Assembly: GCA_964019335.1 (NCBI GenBank)
Contig: OZ025715.1
Coordinates: 1-64,000, forward strand
Direction of reading: 5' to 3'
DNA: 64,000 nucleotides
DNA from: Diplonema japonicum
Taxonomy: Eukaryota; Protista; Euglenozoa: Diplonemea
Shown: positions 42,379 through 55,122 of the stretch, in pieces
Position numbering within the stretch: position 1 is the stretch's first letter
Layout: each line of letters starts with the position of its first letter
The notes under the pieces: model-generated
Told to the model about the DNA's origin: nothing
The model's input: only the letters and a program-made list of their open reading frames with translations
Database searches by the model: none
Made by a program: the position numbers and the translations under genes

Positions 42379-43925
42379 CTGTAAAACAAAAATCCACCGG
42401 AAGATAAAATATCCGGACCGCCGAAACATCCGGTGATTTTTTCTTCCGGACATTTTATCTTCCGGACATTCTTTTGGGCACTTTTCTAAGGGGGTACCTA
42501 GCCTGACCTACGCACTGCCCCCTCTGTCTGGAAAACTTATATTTCTGTTGCAAGAGTCTTAAGAACGGCAAAAATAAAATTCAAATTAACAGACGAAAGC
42601 TGCATGCTCTAAAAAGGGGAAGGACATATCTCGCGACCCCTCCAGGTGCTGACCTCTTCAGGTGACTGAAATGATATTGCAAGTGGGAATATCTTCAGGT
42701 GAGAGGCACCCTTCAATGGCTGCGTCCCAGCAGGTTGGAGAGTACTTTTCCCGACAATAGAACTAAAAAAGGGGGCGAGGAAAGGGCAGCATCTTACCTG
42801 TCCGCACGTCTGGCCGTCTTGTTTGCTGCCTTCGCAGCCTTGGCAGTGCGCCTGGCCTCGGCCTTAATGGCACAAATAGGTGAGGTCTGGGGGGACAAAC
42901 GCTAAGTGAACGTTTGTTTCTGAAAACAAGTTCACAAAAGCCTGCGTAGTGTGGACATTGTAGTCATCAATGATGAGTAGGATGGGCTCGGTGGGTGCTC
43001 AGCCCGATGACTCGATGAGGTTGTAGCAAAGGGGAGAAACAAATCTTTTACCCAGAGCCGAAGCGTTTCCTGGGTGGCCCAGTGAGATTTCGAAGCTGTT
43101 AAACTCCAGCCTTTTGGGGGGTGTGCAACACGAGGGACGGACCCGAGGTATTTCCTGCCGCGAGCTGGTTCTGTTTTTCCCGTGTAAATTAGCTGCGGGT
43201 GCAGTTTGCCACCAGTCAGGGAAACGCAAAACTGTCCGGTGACGGCGCCCTTGTCCTAAATCCCTAACCTTGACAACCTTGGGACCCCTTTTCGTCTTCT
43301 TCCCAGCGGCAGCAGCTGGTCCATGTTCCAGGTCAACCGGCCTGATCTTTGTGAACCTCCTCGCTGCTTGGGTGTCTTTGGGGCTGCTAGACTTCCCTAT
43401 TGTTGGGTGGCGGCTTGTGATGCCATGCTTGGAGCACAGCTGGTTGGCCCTCTGCATACAGGCAGATGTCCGACGCTGCTACCGACACCCCCCTTCCGTT
43501 CTGCATCTGGATCCAAACAAAGAGCCTTGTTGTTTCTTCCTAGTTCAGAAGAGCTTGCGACCCGCAGTAACGGGTGCGGCAGGGGGATCGACCTTGGAGC
43601 TACCAAAGCGGTGCTTCCAGTCTGATATACTGGACATTGGCTCCATGACGCAAACCCGCAAAAAATAAGAACAACCCTAAAGCAAGCACAAGAAGTGGTT
43701 TGGTTCAACAAGCTTGTGGTAGAAGCAAACAATCAGGATCTGAGGTGTCTTTTAGTTCTTGGAAAAGTCCGTAATTCAATTCTCTGATTTTTGTTTGATT
43801 TTCTCTTGCTATAGAAACTAGTTTCATCTGTTTTCGGGTCCGGACCGCCAGAGCTTCCGGACATTTTATCTTCCGGACATTTTTTCTTCCGGACATTTTA
43901 TCTTCCGGTGATTTTTGTTTTACAG
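42379..43925 (-). mobile_element. Decayed pogo/Tc2-like (Tc1-mariner superfamily) transposon with TA TSD
   Basis: TA|CTGTAAAACAAAAAT..CACCGGAAGATAAAAT TIRs at both ends. Minus-strand relics DKGAVTGQFCVSLTGGKLHPQLIYTGKT and PILLIIDDYNVHTT...FVPPDLT (DDE_1) carry stops and frameshifts. Confidence 0.88.
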
Positions 43926-44333
43926 TATATATTTTGGCTACACGTGCAGGGAAGGAGGGGAAAAAAAAAAGGAAACTAGCAAGGTGGTGAGGAGGGGAAA
44001 AAGGAAGAAAGGGAGGGCTAAACTTATTGGGGGGGGGGGGGAAGAAGGAAATACACCTCCCCCCGATTCTCCATTCTGACCCCCTTTTTTAAAATGATTT
44101 GTTGATTATTTGAGGTTTTTGTTTTCCTCTCCCCCTCCCCCCTCAGCAGTTGCACGCGATTCACCATCATCATCCTTCACACAGAATACACGTATTACAG
44201 AAATGTGATAAAGCCCTCGTTGGTACAAAAATACGTATTTAGAGCTCATTCTCAAAGAACGGGAGAAAGAAGAAACAAAACTATTTTTGCAATCTTGTAA
44301 CAAAAGAGAAGAAGGAACCAAAGAAGAGAAGTA

Positions 44334-44387
44334 AACAACAACAACAACAACAACAACAGCAACAACAGCAACAACAACAACAACAAC
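44334..44387. repeat. (CAA)n microsatellite upstream of PI4K
   Basis: Directly visible. Confidence 0.9.
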
Positions 44388-44416
44388 CCACCAACACCCT
44401 TCTTCTTGCAACCACG

Positions 44417-45571
44417 ATGACGGACTTCGACCACAGGTTCACAGGGCTCGAGATCTTCGAGACCTTTGAGGGCAGCGCTGAGACGGGGGACTTCGACTTT
44501 TGGGGTGATGCCGACAGCGTGGACCTGGGGATGGGGATGGGGATGGAGATGGACGGGGATCTCATCGACGTGCCGTCCTACGGACACGAGTCGGCGTTTA
44601 AAAAAGAACTGGACGAGCTAGCCGCTAGAGGTGTCTTGAACCTGAAGCTAGTAGGCGAGGACTGCGTTGGCGGGACGTACTTTGTGTTCGCAGGCCGCGA
44701 CAAGGTGGGTGTCTTCAAGCCTTGTGACGAGGAAGCCAGCCTGCCAGCGAACCCCAAGGGCATGGACTGCTCTACGGACATCCCAAAGACAGGCTTTGTA
44801 GCAGGGCAAGGCTACCTCCGTGAAATCGCCGCCTACGAGCTTGACCACAACGGCTTCGCTAACGTTCCAGAAACCATTCTGTACAACATGCCAGGCGCAC
44901 TGCTGGGGAGGGGGCCTGGAAGGGTGAAGGGCTCCTTGCAGAGGTTCAAACAACATGACCTCCAGTCATGGGATGTTCCGCCTGGTAGATTCTCGGCAGA
45001 GGACACAAGGAGGATCGCAGTGCTGGATCTCAGGCTTTTGAACTGTGACCGCCATGGAGGCAATATCCTTGTGAAGCAGGAAGGCCGTCTAGTCCCCATC
45101 GACCATGGCTACGTTCTACCTGTGTCGTCCTTGCAGGACCTGGACTTTGAATGGATGATGTGGCCTCAGGCAAAGACACACTTCACGCAAGCTGAGGAGC
45201 AGTACATCATGCAGTTGTCGCCTGTCAAGGACGCTGACATCCTGTCCAGGCTCAACTTCCCTGCGACGTCGATTTTGTACTGCCAGCTGGCGACGGTGGC
45301 CTTGCAGATAGCCGTTCAGAAGGGCCTCACACCGTATCAGGTTGGTACTTATTTTAGAAGGGAGCAGTTGGACGTTCCGTCTATGTTGGAGGAGGCAGTA
45401 GCACTCACAACGAGGAATGGGGCCGCTGACCTTGGGTATGGTTTAAAAAAAAAAAAAAAGTCTTTATGACTATATGTCTTTGTTGTTCGCACGAGCAAAA
45501 AAGGTTTTTTAAAAAGATGCGAAAGTTTTTTGCTCGGCACAAGTTGCATATAGTTATAAAATCATTTTTTG

Positions 45572-45606
<35 letters not shown>

Positions 45607-45651
45607 AGTTTGTTCAAACGTGTTGTCGGTAAGCAGCTTGAGGTACTTTAG
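44417..45651 (+). CDS. Phosphatidylinositol 4-kinase type II (gamma-like)
   Basis: GGTYF, VFKPCDEE, REIAAYELD, GSLQRF, LNCDRHGGNIL, PIDHGY. Probable intron 45436-45608 gives the C-terminus DLGLFKRVVGKQLEVL. Confidence 0.9.
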
Positions 45652-45895
45652 GAGGGAGGTTGTTTGTGTGGATTAACTTCATTTTTTTTTTTTTTCCCTG
45701 CCTCGGAAAAAGAGGGAGGAAAGGGAAGAAGAGGAAAATTAAAAAAAAAAAAGAAAAAAAAATCGCAAACGGTGTTACAAAACAAATATGAAAAAAAAAA
45801 GGGGGAACGAAATCCCGGAAAAAGTCTTTTTAGAAAAAAAAAAAGAAAAAAAAAAAAAAACTACGACCAGAGCACGTCCAATGCACTTTGCACAT

Positions 45896-45931
<36 letters not shown>

Positions 45932-46454
45932 AAAAAAAAAAAAAAAAAAAAAGCCTTGGAGCAACGTTTTTTTTTTTTTTTTTTTTCGTTTCTTTTTTTT
46001 TTCCAGGGTGCCAACACCTTCCTTTATCTCTTATATATATATATTTTGTCAATATTTGCCCTTCGCACCTCTTGTTAGTTACCCCCCCCCCCCCCCCCCC
46101 CCCCAGCCATTCCCAGCCATCGTTATTTTACTCCTCCAGACCTACAGTAGGAAGACTTTACGAGTCGGCTCGTCTAACCTCTTTTTTTTTTGTTTTTTTT
46201 TTGTTTCGTTTTAATTTTGGATGAATCATTCTCAGAGCAGTGTTTGCAGAAATAAGGGTACTTATAAGCACCTTTTTTTTTTCTCTTTAGCTTACAATAT
46301 TTGGTTTCTCAAGGCCTCTCGAAGAAGTATTCGTTGCCCATTCTGCCTGGGTGCTTTGGTACACCTAGCCACACCAGAGTGCTTGCTGCAGCAGCAACAG
46401 GAATTAAACTGGAATAAATAAAAAAGATTTTAAAAAAAAAAAGAAAAGAAGAAA

Positions 46455-46485
<31 letters not shown>

Positions 46486-48528
46486 CCACACCTTGTCCTT
46501 CTTTTTTATATTAATTTTTATCTCATCAATCATACTTTGACGTCTACCCCCCCCCCCCCCCCAACCCTTCTTTAACCCAACAAGGAAGCTGTCCTCACAC
46601 GAGGCTTTTAGTCCCAAATCGTTATGCTCTTTCCATAAAAAAAATGGTTGCTGTAAATCTCTTAACCTTTATCCCGGAAGAAATAAGTGGCCAGTTGAAT
46701 AAGTAAGATTCGGTTTTGGGGAATGGTCTTTCTTTTTTTTTTTTCTTCCGGGGAAGAATTAAGAGATTTTTACAGTAAGACTGAACCTCCTTCGAAGATT
46801 TTCTTAAGTTACCCCCCCCCCCCCCCCCACCCACCACAACCCATCATTCCAGTACCCGTCGTAGAATTAGAAAAAAATAATTGGAGGAAAAAAAGGGGGG
46901 GGTGTAACTTTGATGATTTCTTTTTTTTTAAATTAAATTTTTAAAATTTAATCTTAAGAAATAATGATACCAAAAAAAAAAAAGAAAAAAAAATAAATAA
47001 ATAAATAAGTACACAATTGTTGCAACTATGCTTTTTCTCTTTTTATTTTTATTTTTTCCTTTTTTTTAAAAAAATTTTTATTTGCTCACTTCGCTTCTGC
47101 AAAAATGGATGATGCCAGAAAGCCAAAAGAAAGAAGAAGAAGAAAAAAAAAGAAAAGAAAAAAAAAAAACACGGGGGAGGGGAAAGGGGGTGAGACGGTT
47201 AACCACACGTATTCATTTTTTTTCCCTTTTTTTTTTTCACCCCCATATTCTCTTTCTCTTCCCCCCAAATTCAAATATAGGCTGTGTTCGAGTGCCATAT
47301 TGTTTCATTTATGTTTTTTTTTTTTTTTTTTTTTTTTTTTTCTTCCACGTTAGGAATAAAAATAAAATAAAACTAGGAGGTGGGGAGGGGAAAGAAAAAA
47401 AATGTACAAGGGCGAGAAAGCCATTTGTACAAGAAGTTAGGGGACCGGGGGAAAAGACCAATTTCAACCCCCCTTAAAAAAGTAGAAGAAATAAACACGA
47501 GAAACTACTCTGGAATAACTCGTTTTTCTTTTCACCTTTTTTTTTTTTTTATTCGTGCACCCCTGCTGGGATAAAGAACTAAAGCTCCCAAAAAAAAAAA
47601 AAAAAAAAAAAGAAAACCCCTCCCTCCCTCCCTCATCTAGAATACTTTTTTCTCTTTTTTTCTCTTTTGTTATCAACGTGAGTTGTTCTTCTTTTTATCC
47701 CCCCCCCCTTTCCCGTCTTTTTTCTTTTTGTCGCTTTCCCTGGAGTCAAGTTGCGTGCATGAACAGAGTAAAGGAAAGGGGGGAAAAAAAAGAAGGAAAA
47801 AAAACTGAAGAAAAGTGGAAGAAAAGAAAAGAAGGGAAAAAAAAAAAAGAGAAAATAAGAGTCACATTCTTTTTTTCTTTTGCTCTGGGATTCTGGAAGG
47901 AAAAAAAAAATAAAAATACCGACAAAAAAAAAGAACAAAACTCTTTTTTTTTTTCTCATTTTCTTTTCTTCCCTTCTTTCATTTACCTTTTTTTTCTCCT
48001 CTTCCCTTTCTCTTTTTGACTCGCGGTGGGGAGGAGGGGACGGCACGGAGGAGAAAAGTTAAAATACTGCGAGGAAAAAAAAAAAAAGAAAAAAACGATG
48101 TAATTCAGGGGATGAAAGGGGGAAAGGGTAAAACAAATAAAAAGAAAAAAACAAAACCACATTCCAAAGAAAGAAAAAAAAAAAAAAAAAAAAAAAAAAC
48201 CAAAATACACTCTTTTTCTCTCTTTTTTCTCTTCTTAAATTCCACATTGATTTCTTTTTTTAAATTGAAAGAAAAAAAAAAGGAAAGCCTGCAAGTGTTT
48301 TCCAAAGCTAAATACAAACAAAGAAAAAAAAAAGATCCCAAATAAGTGGGTCAGAGCGAATTAAAGCACACGTTTTTTTCTTTCTTTCTTTTTTTTCTTT
48401 TTTGGTGGTCCTCAAGTAGAATCAGCCCTTAAACAATGTCTTCCCCCCCCTCTTTCTCTTTCTGGGAAAGATAAACAATAAAAGGCATATCTTTTTTCTC
48501 TTTTCTTTGAGTTGTTTGTAATTCTGGG

Positions 48529-48567
<39 letters not shown>

Positions 48568-49155
48568 ACGTTTTCTTCTTATTCTTATGACCAGCACGTG
48601 CGTTAAATAAAATAATTACTTTTTGATTTTTTTTTTCTTTTTCCTCTTCCTGGATTAGCTTCGCGTGTTCGATTTCTGTTTTTTTTTTTTTTTTTTTTTT
48701 TTTGTTTTTTTTTTTTTTTTTTTTTTTGTTAGAATTATTTTATTTAATGCCGACGAACAAAAGACACAGCTGGCCATAAGTCATAAAGAAACTTTTTTTT
48801 CCCCTTTTTTGTCTGGGTTCACAAACTTTTTTTTTCTCCTTTTTTGTCTAGGTTCAGGGATTGGATTCACATTTTTTTTTGTTTTATTATTATTAACATG
48901 TAGCCAAGGAGAAATGGTGTGAAATATTTTCCCTTTCTTTTTTTTACCCCCCTTTATTTTATTGTTCCATTATTTCTTTTTTCTCCATATTACCCCCAAC
49001 TCCCTTCTTTCTTTTTTTTTTCTTATTTCTCCCTCCTTCCCTCCTACAAAGAATTCGCAACACGCTTTTTGTTTTATTTTGTTTGAAAGCCACAAGATGG
49101 TGAGCGCGAAAACCGCAAACCTTAAGTTGTCTAGTTCTTTTTTTTTCCTTTTTTT

Positions 49156-49225
49156 GTTTTAACAATATTATTGTCGAGACTAAAAACTAGTTGATGGCAG
49201 CGTAATGAGCTATTTTATTAAATGT

Positions 49226-49283
<58 letters not shown>

Positions 49284-49336
49284 TTATTAGGTAAAATTCC
49301 GCTCGTGCGCACAAACAAATGGAGCGCCAAACTAGT
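49156..49336. repeat. CpG-intact copy of the ACTAGT-bounded repeat, split by a poly(T) insertion flanked by TTATTA
   Basis: Reverse complement matches 13549-13660. Confidence 0.8.
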
Positions 49337-49981
49337 TTTTTTTTTCTGACCTAAAAGAAAATAACAAGCTGTAAGTAGGAGCGAGGGATTGTAAGAGGAA
49401 AAAAAAAAAAAAAAAAAGAAGCTAAGAAAAAAAAAAAAGAAAGAAAAAAAACGAATAAGAATGGAGAAGGGAAACCAGAAAGAAAGAAGGAAAGAAAAGC
49501 TATTTATTCACAACGAATATAATAATGGAATTTTTTTTTTTCTGCTACTCTTGGGAAGGAGGAAGAAAAAAAAAAGAAAAACAGGGAGGAAATTAGGGGC
49601 GTGAATAATGGCGGGTTTGTCACACGTCTTTTCTCATTTTTATTTTTTTTTCTCTTATACCTTTGCATTCATTCCATACCCCCCCCCCCCCCCCCGATTT
49701 CCTTTGTTTACCCAAGGGACAATAACAATAAAAAATATTGGAAGAAGTAGAGTAAAAAAAAATTCTTAAAAAAAAGAAATTGAGAGGTAGTGCAACAATT
49801 TCACCCCCCCCCCCCATTCCTTTTCTGACAGTTCTTTCATTGCATAATGTGTGCTTGTCAGGCCTTTTTTTTTTCCCTTCTCTTTTTTTTTCTTCTTTCT
49901 TTATTTTCCTTTTTTTTTATTTTATTATTTTTTTTTTAACTACCTCAGCAACCCCACCCACAGGCATTGATAACAGTCAAC

Positions 49982-51936
49982 ATGAAGAGGAGTGTCAGGG
50001 CATTGGCGCAGCACAAGGTCACACAGGCCTACCCGATCATAGATCACACCTTCGATGCAGTTGTAGTGGGTGCTGGGGGTGCAGGGCTGAGGGCAGCCAT
50101 GGTATGAACGAGAATAACAAAAAAAGAAAACTTTTTTTTTTAAATCAGGGCATCAGTGCTGCTGGGTTCGACTGTGCTTGCATCACCAAGCTGTACCCCA
50201 CCAGGTCGCACACCATCGCGGCACAGGGAGGGATCAACGCAGCCCTCTCAAACGTTGCACAGGACGACTGGAGGTGGCACATGTACGACACGGTGAAGGG
50301 TGCCGACTGGCTGGGTGACCAAGATGCCATCCAGTACATGTGCCAAGAGGCTCCTGCCATTGTTGCGGAGCTCGAGCAGATGGGCGTTCCCTTCTCCAGA
50401 ACCCCCGAGGGTCTCATCTACCAGCGCCCCTTCGGAGGACAGTCCTTCAACTTCGGCAAAGAACAAGCCAGAAGGTGCTGCGCCGCCTCCGACCGTACCG
50501 GCCACGCCATGCTGCACACGCTGTATGGGCAGTCCTTCCAGTACGGCGTCAACTTCTTCAACGAGTACTTCGCGTTGGACCTTATTATGGACAGCGAGGG
50601 TGCTTGCAGGGGTGTCATCGCAATGTCCCTCGAGGACGGCTCCATGCACAGGTTCAGAGCGAAGCAGACCATCCTCGCCACCGGTGGCTACGGCAGGGCG
50701 TACTTCTCGTGCACCAGCGCCAAGTCGTGCACGGGTGATGGTATCGCCATGGCGTCCCGTGCAGGCCTCCCGAACTCTGACCTTGAGTTCGTGCAGTTCC
50801 ACCCTACCGGTATCTACGGGCCTGGTGTGCTGATGACGGAAGGGTGCCGTGGTGAGGGTGGTGTGCTCATCAACGGTGAGGGCGAGCGTTTCATGGAGAG
50901 GTACGCCCCGTCGGCGAAGGATCTTGCGTCGCGTGACGTTGTGAGCAGAGCCATGACCGTCGAGATCCTGGAGGGCCGTGGGTGCGGTCCCAAGAAGGAC
51001 CACGTCCACCTGCAGCTCCACCACCTCGAGCCCTCCGTGCTCCACGACAAGCTCCCCGGCATCAGCGAGAACGCGATGACCTTCGCGGGTGTGAATGTCG
51101 AGAAGGAGCCCGTGCCCGTTGTGCCAACAGTGCACTACACCATGGGCGGTATCCCCACCCTGTGGACGGGTGAGGTGGTCAACCCTAGGAACGGCGACTA
51201 CGAGGCCATCGTGCCCGGTTTGCTTGCTGCCGGTGAGACCGCATGTGCCAGTGTGCACGGTGCCAACAGGCTGGGGGCGAACTCGCTGCTCGACATCGTT
51301 ATCTTCGGTAAGAGCTGTGCCAACACTGCCGTCTTCGCCCTGACGAAGGAGGGGAGGGCGCAGGACGAGCTGCCCGCGGACGCCGGTGAGATGAGCATTG
51401 CCCGTGTGGACAAGATTCTGCACAACAAGGGCGACCTTCCCACGGCTAGGTTGAGGGAGTCGCTGAAGGGGACCATGGCACTGAACGCTGGTGTCTTCCG
51501 TACTCAAGAGCTGCTGGACGAAGGGTGCCAGAAGGTGAACAGCATGTACCAGCAGTTCGAAGATGTGGTTGTTGACGACAAGTCTCCTGTCTGGAACTCC
51601 AACCTTGTCGAGACGCTTGAGCTCCAGAACCTGCTGACCTGCGCTATCCAGACCATTGAGTCCGCCAGACCGAGGACAGAGTCCCGTGGTGCGCACGCGA
51701 GAGACGACTTCCCCGACAGGGATGACACCGAGTGGATGAAGCACACCCTTTCCTACATTGACGATCTTGACAAGGGTACCGTCAGGCTCGACTACAGACC
51801 CGTTCACAACTACACCCTCACCAACGAGGTATGTGAGATCATTTGATTTAAAAGAAGGGAGAGGGAATAAAAAATAATAATAATAACGCAACAACAACAG
51901 GTTGAGCCCTTCGAGCCTATGAAGCGTGTGTACTAG
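49982..51936 (+). CDS. SDH1: Succinate dehydrogenase flavoprotein subunit, mitochondrial
   Basis: [53 protein letters not shown]. Introns 50102-50148 and 51829-51900; ends MKRVY. Confidence 0.97.
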
Positions 51937-52712
51937 AGATTGTTGAAGGAAGGATGGAAGGAAAAAAAAAAAGAAAGAAAGGAGGAAAAAAAAATCAATG
52001 TCCGGTACGCTTTCGAGAATGTTAAGTACGGGTTCAGTACCCCCCCCCCCCCCCTCCTTGTCTGCTCTTCTCTTTTCTTCTTCTTTTTTTAATGGCCCTT
52101 TTTTTGTTTTTTTTAATTCTTTTTCTGTAAGACAGATGCAGAAAAATACATTGGTACCAATGGGGCCAAGTGGCATCTTCGAAGGTAGCAAGTGGTGGGC
52201 ATTGAAAAAAAAAAAGAATGGCAAAGGAGCGGGCTTTTTTTAAAATCTTAAAAAAAGAAACAGACAGAGGGACAATTAAAAAAAAACCCCCACCTAAATT
52301 TTATTTTATTTTTCAAGTGGTTATATTTGCCTGGGCTCTGGTAGGGGTCTTTATAGTTTTTTTTATTTTATTTTCTCTTTTTTATTTTACTTTTATTTTA
52401 GAGTGTCGTACAAGGAAAACCAAAAAAGGGTACTCTTTTCATCCCCCCCCCCCCCCTTTTTTACTTCTTGATCCCCCAGCCCTGTCCCCCAAACAGATTT
52501 AGTGTCCTCCACCCCCTCACTCCCTGGGCCCTTTTTTTTCTTTATTTCCTTTCCCCCTTTTTATTTTATGGATCGCACGATCCCCCTCCCAGGTTTTTCC
52601 ACGTTCGCCCCCCTGCGTATCCCGAGGCCTTTACTTTCACTTCTCGTCCTCCCTTGACACAGTTGTCTGCAAAGGAGGGAGAGGGGGGGGGGGGGGGGGG
52701 GGAAAGGAGGCA

Positions 52713-53684
52713 ATGACAAAGCCATCCTACAAAATAGTGCTTCTTTTATGCTGCGCAGTTGTGTGCATGGTGCAGAGCGGGAGGCAAAGCAGGAGGGCGG
52801 ATGAGGGGGCTGCCGCGAACTTAAAATTAATGGAGTTTTACAACAAGCTCGAGAGACAAGGCACATATGAGCAGGTTAGCCAACGACAAGTCGCAGAATT
52901 CGCGATAAGCCGAAAATTCTTCACCCTAGAGGAACAACGGTGGACTCCGAGCAAAGTACCATTCGGGACCGATTATGGCTTAGCTGTCTCGCTCCGTTCT
53001 GTGGCACCGCAGATGGACGGAATCATCGAGAACCTACGTAAGGTTGTTCCGGAAGAAGGTCTCTACCTTCCGCCAAATGGGCACCATGTCACCGTCCAGC
53101 ACCTCTGCAACATGGAGACCATCACAAAGAAGAAGCTGATCGGCAGGTATTTCAACAGCAAGGTGTTGGGGGAGTTCCTTCCCAGTGCTGCCGAGGTGCT
53201 CCGGTCACTTCAACCGAACAATGTTACCATCACATTTCGGAAAATCCTCATCGGCCCCACTGACGGTAGTGTCATGATGGTGGGCACAGTGGTCCCTTCA
53301 GATGTCCTGCCCACAGTCCGCCAGTTGCTGTGGGATGCGTACCAACCTTTAGGCGTACCTTCCCTCCGTGATGCGCCATGGGAGATCGTTCACACCACTG
53401 TCGGGCGATTGCTCCCGTCTGCCGACTCGGACGAAGTGCAGATGCACCTCACCCCAACCCACTACGCAGCGCTCAAGAACTTCATCGCCAGCTACAACGC
53501 ACTCCCCCCCTCGCAGCAGATCTCGATCACCGTTGATCTCTCCCACGCCATTTCCTTCATGCACAACAAGAAGCTTTTCTCCCTTGAAACCTTCCACGAC
53601 GTACCCCTCCGCGAATTGCACAGTACCTCCCCTCAACTAGCAAGCCTCCTCGCGGCCTTCAGGCAGCAGGATGCCATGGTGTAG
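52713..53684 (+). CDS. 2H phosphoesterase superfamily protein with N-terminal signal/anchor
   Basis: Two HxT motifs (GHHVTVQ, IVHTTVGR) about 100 aa apart; hydrophobic IVLLLCCAVVCMV. Confidence 0.72.
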   Translation: MTKPSYKIVLLLCCAVVCMVQSGRQSRRADEGAAANLKLMEFYNKLERQGTYEQVSQRQVAEFAISRKFFTLEEQRWTPSKVPFGTDYGLAVSLRSVAPQMDGIIENLRKVVPEEGLYLPPNGHHVTVQHLCNMETITKKKLIGRYFNSKVLGEFLPSAAEVLRSLQPNNVTITFRKILIGPTDGSVMMVGTVVPSDVLPTVRQLLWDAYQPLGVPSLRDAPWEIVHTTVGRLLPSADSDEVQMHLTPTHYAALKNFIASYNALPPSQQISITVDLSHAISFMHNKKLFSLETFHDVPLRELHSTSPQLASLLAAFRQQDAMV

Positions 53685-53748
53685 TTTTATATGTTACGCA
53701 CGGGCACGCCTCACTGCCTCCCAATACCAAACAGTATTCACAGCAAAA

Positions 53749-55122
53749 ATGATGTCCCGCATTGTCCTCCTGAGCCTTGCCGTGGCGTGCAAGGGTGAGA
53801 TGATCGGCTTCTGGGACTGGGACTGGGGCAGCGGGAGCGTGGGCCCCCCTAGCTCCAACACCAAGGTGGGCTTCACAGGCCTCATCGACGTCAATCAAGC
53901 ACTGTCGTACAGCCCGAAGCCTGCACCTGGGATGAACAACCTCGTGTCCATTGGAGGGGGGAACGCTGGGGGCATGTGGACCCCTGCTGCGCTGCAGGCC
54001 GTCAGCAACAAGACTTGGCACGCAGCTGTGCACGCAGCAGGCTTCCAAGGCATCGCCTTCGACATCGAGGTGTGCACGGGCACAATCCCCCCAGCAGACT
54101 TCTCCGCAGCCTTTGCTGCCCTCCGTGCTTCCAACCTCACAGTCATGGTGACCATCAGCCACACGGCGCCCTACGACTGCACCAACAAGGTCGACCTCAT
54201 GAACGCCTTCATCCCCGACGCGAACATCAACTACATGAGTCCGCAGCTCTACTCCAGCGGAACGGAACCGAAGCCTAGCTTTGCCTGGAAAGGCGTGCCG
54301 TTCTCAGCCTTCCAGAAGATGCCCCCTTCCATGCAAATGGTGCCCAGCATCGTGGACTACACGCAGTACCCTGCGGTGCAGACATTCTTTAAGAACCTGT
54401 CGATCCCCCTTCACGGGTACGTGCAGTGGGCGCAGGTGGCTAAGGTGGCGGCCGAGCCGAAAACAATCGGGTTCTGGGAGTGGTCGTGGGGGACGGGCGA
54501 CCACGGCCCTGCAGGGGCGAACCTGGCCCTGTCGTTCTCAGGGTGGGTGGACTTGGAAAAGGCGTTGAGCCAAAGCACGGTACACAAGGCCATGCCGACG
54601 ATGATGAGCATTGGGGGTGGGAACGCCAACGGAGCATGGAGCAACGCCGCAGTGCAGGGCATCAATGCGACGTATCTAGCACGCGTGAAGGCACGGGGGT
54701 TCGTGGGTGTTGCTTTCGACATCGAAGAGTGCAGCGAGGAGGTGGCACCGGAGGTCTTCAGCTCTTGCTTTACGAGGGTGAAGGCGGCAAACATGACAGT
54801 CATGGTCACGACCAGCCACAGCGCACCCTACGGGTGCAAGAATAAGAGAGAACTCATGCACGCCTTCATCCCCGACAGCAACGTCGACTACATCAGCCCA
54901 CAGCTGTACCACACAGGGACAGAGCCGCACCCACAGTTCGAACACTCTGAAGGCGTCACCTGGAAGGATTTCAAGAAGATGCCCGCCACCACGCAGTTTG
55001 TTCCTAGCATCGGGCAGTTCGCAGAGTACAGCGACGTCGTGACTTACTACTCCAAGCCTGAGCTAGCTATCCCCTGCAGTGGGTTCGTCCAGTGGCAGCA
55101 GAACACCACGTCGGTGCTTTAG
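53749..55122 (+). CDS. Secreted protein with two tandem GH18/chitinase-like TIM-barrel domains
   Basis: Signal peptide; SIGGGNA, G-x-AFDIE, VT.SH.APY and Y.SPQLY each occur twice. Confidence 0.75.
   Translation: MMSRIVLLSLAVACKGEMIGFWDWDWGSGSVGPPSSNTKVGFTGLIDVNQALSYSPKPAPGMNNLVSIGGGNAGGMWTPAALQAVSNKTWHAAVHAAGFQGIAFDIEVCTGTIPPADFSAAFAALRASNLTVMVTISHTAPYDCTNKVDLMNAFIPDANINYMSPQLYSSGTEPKPSFAWKGVPFSAFQKMPPSMQMVPSIVDYTQYPAVQTFFKNLSIPLHGYVQWAQVAKVAAEPKTIGFWEWSWGTGDHGPAGANLALSFSGWVDLEKALSQSTVHKAMPTMMSIGGGNANGAWSNAAVQGINATYLARVKARGFVGVAFDIEECSEEVAPEVFSSCFTRVKAANMTVMVTTSHSAPYGCKNKRELMHAFIPDSNVDYISPQLYHTGTEPHPQFEHSEGVTWKDFKKMPATTQFVPSIGQFAEYSDVVTYYSKPELAIPCSGFVQWQQNTTSVL

Noticed and set aside
45652-49900. 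Poly-Lys/poly-Phe ORFs (also 59450-62390 and the N-terminal extensions of ORFs 49780, 56947, 62080)
   Set aside because: Translations of homopolymer tracts; the true starts are downstream ATGs.
50248-52224. 658-aa minus-strand ORF
   Set aside because: Antisense shadow of high-GC3 SDH1; the same applies to other long antisense ORFs over GSS, the coiled-coil gene and the repeat gene.
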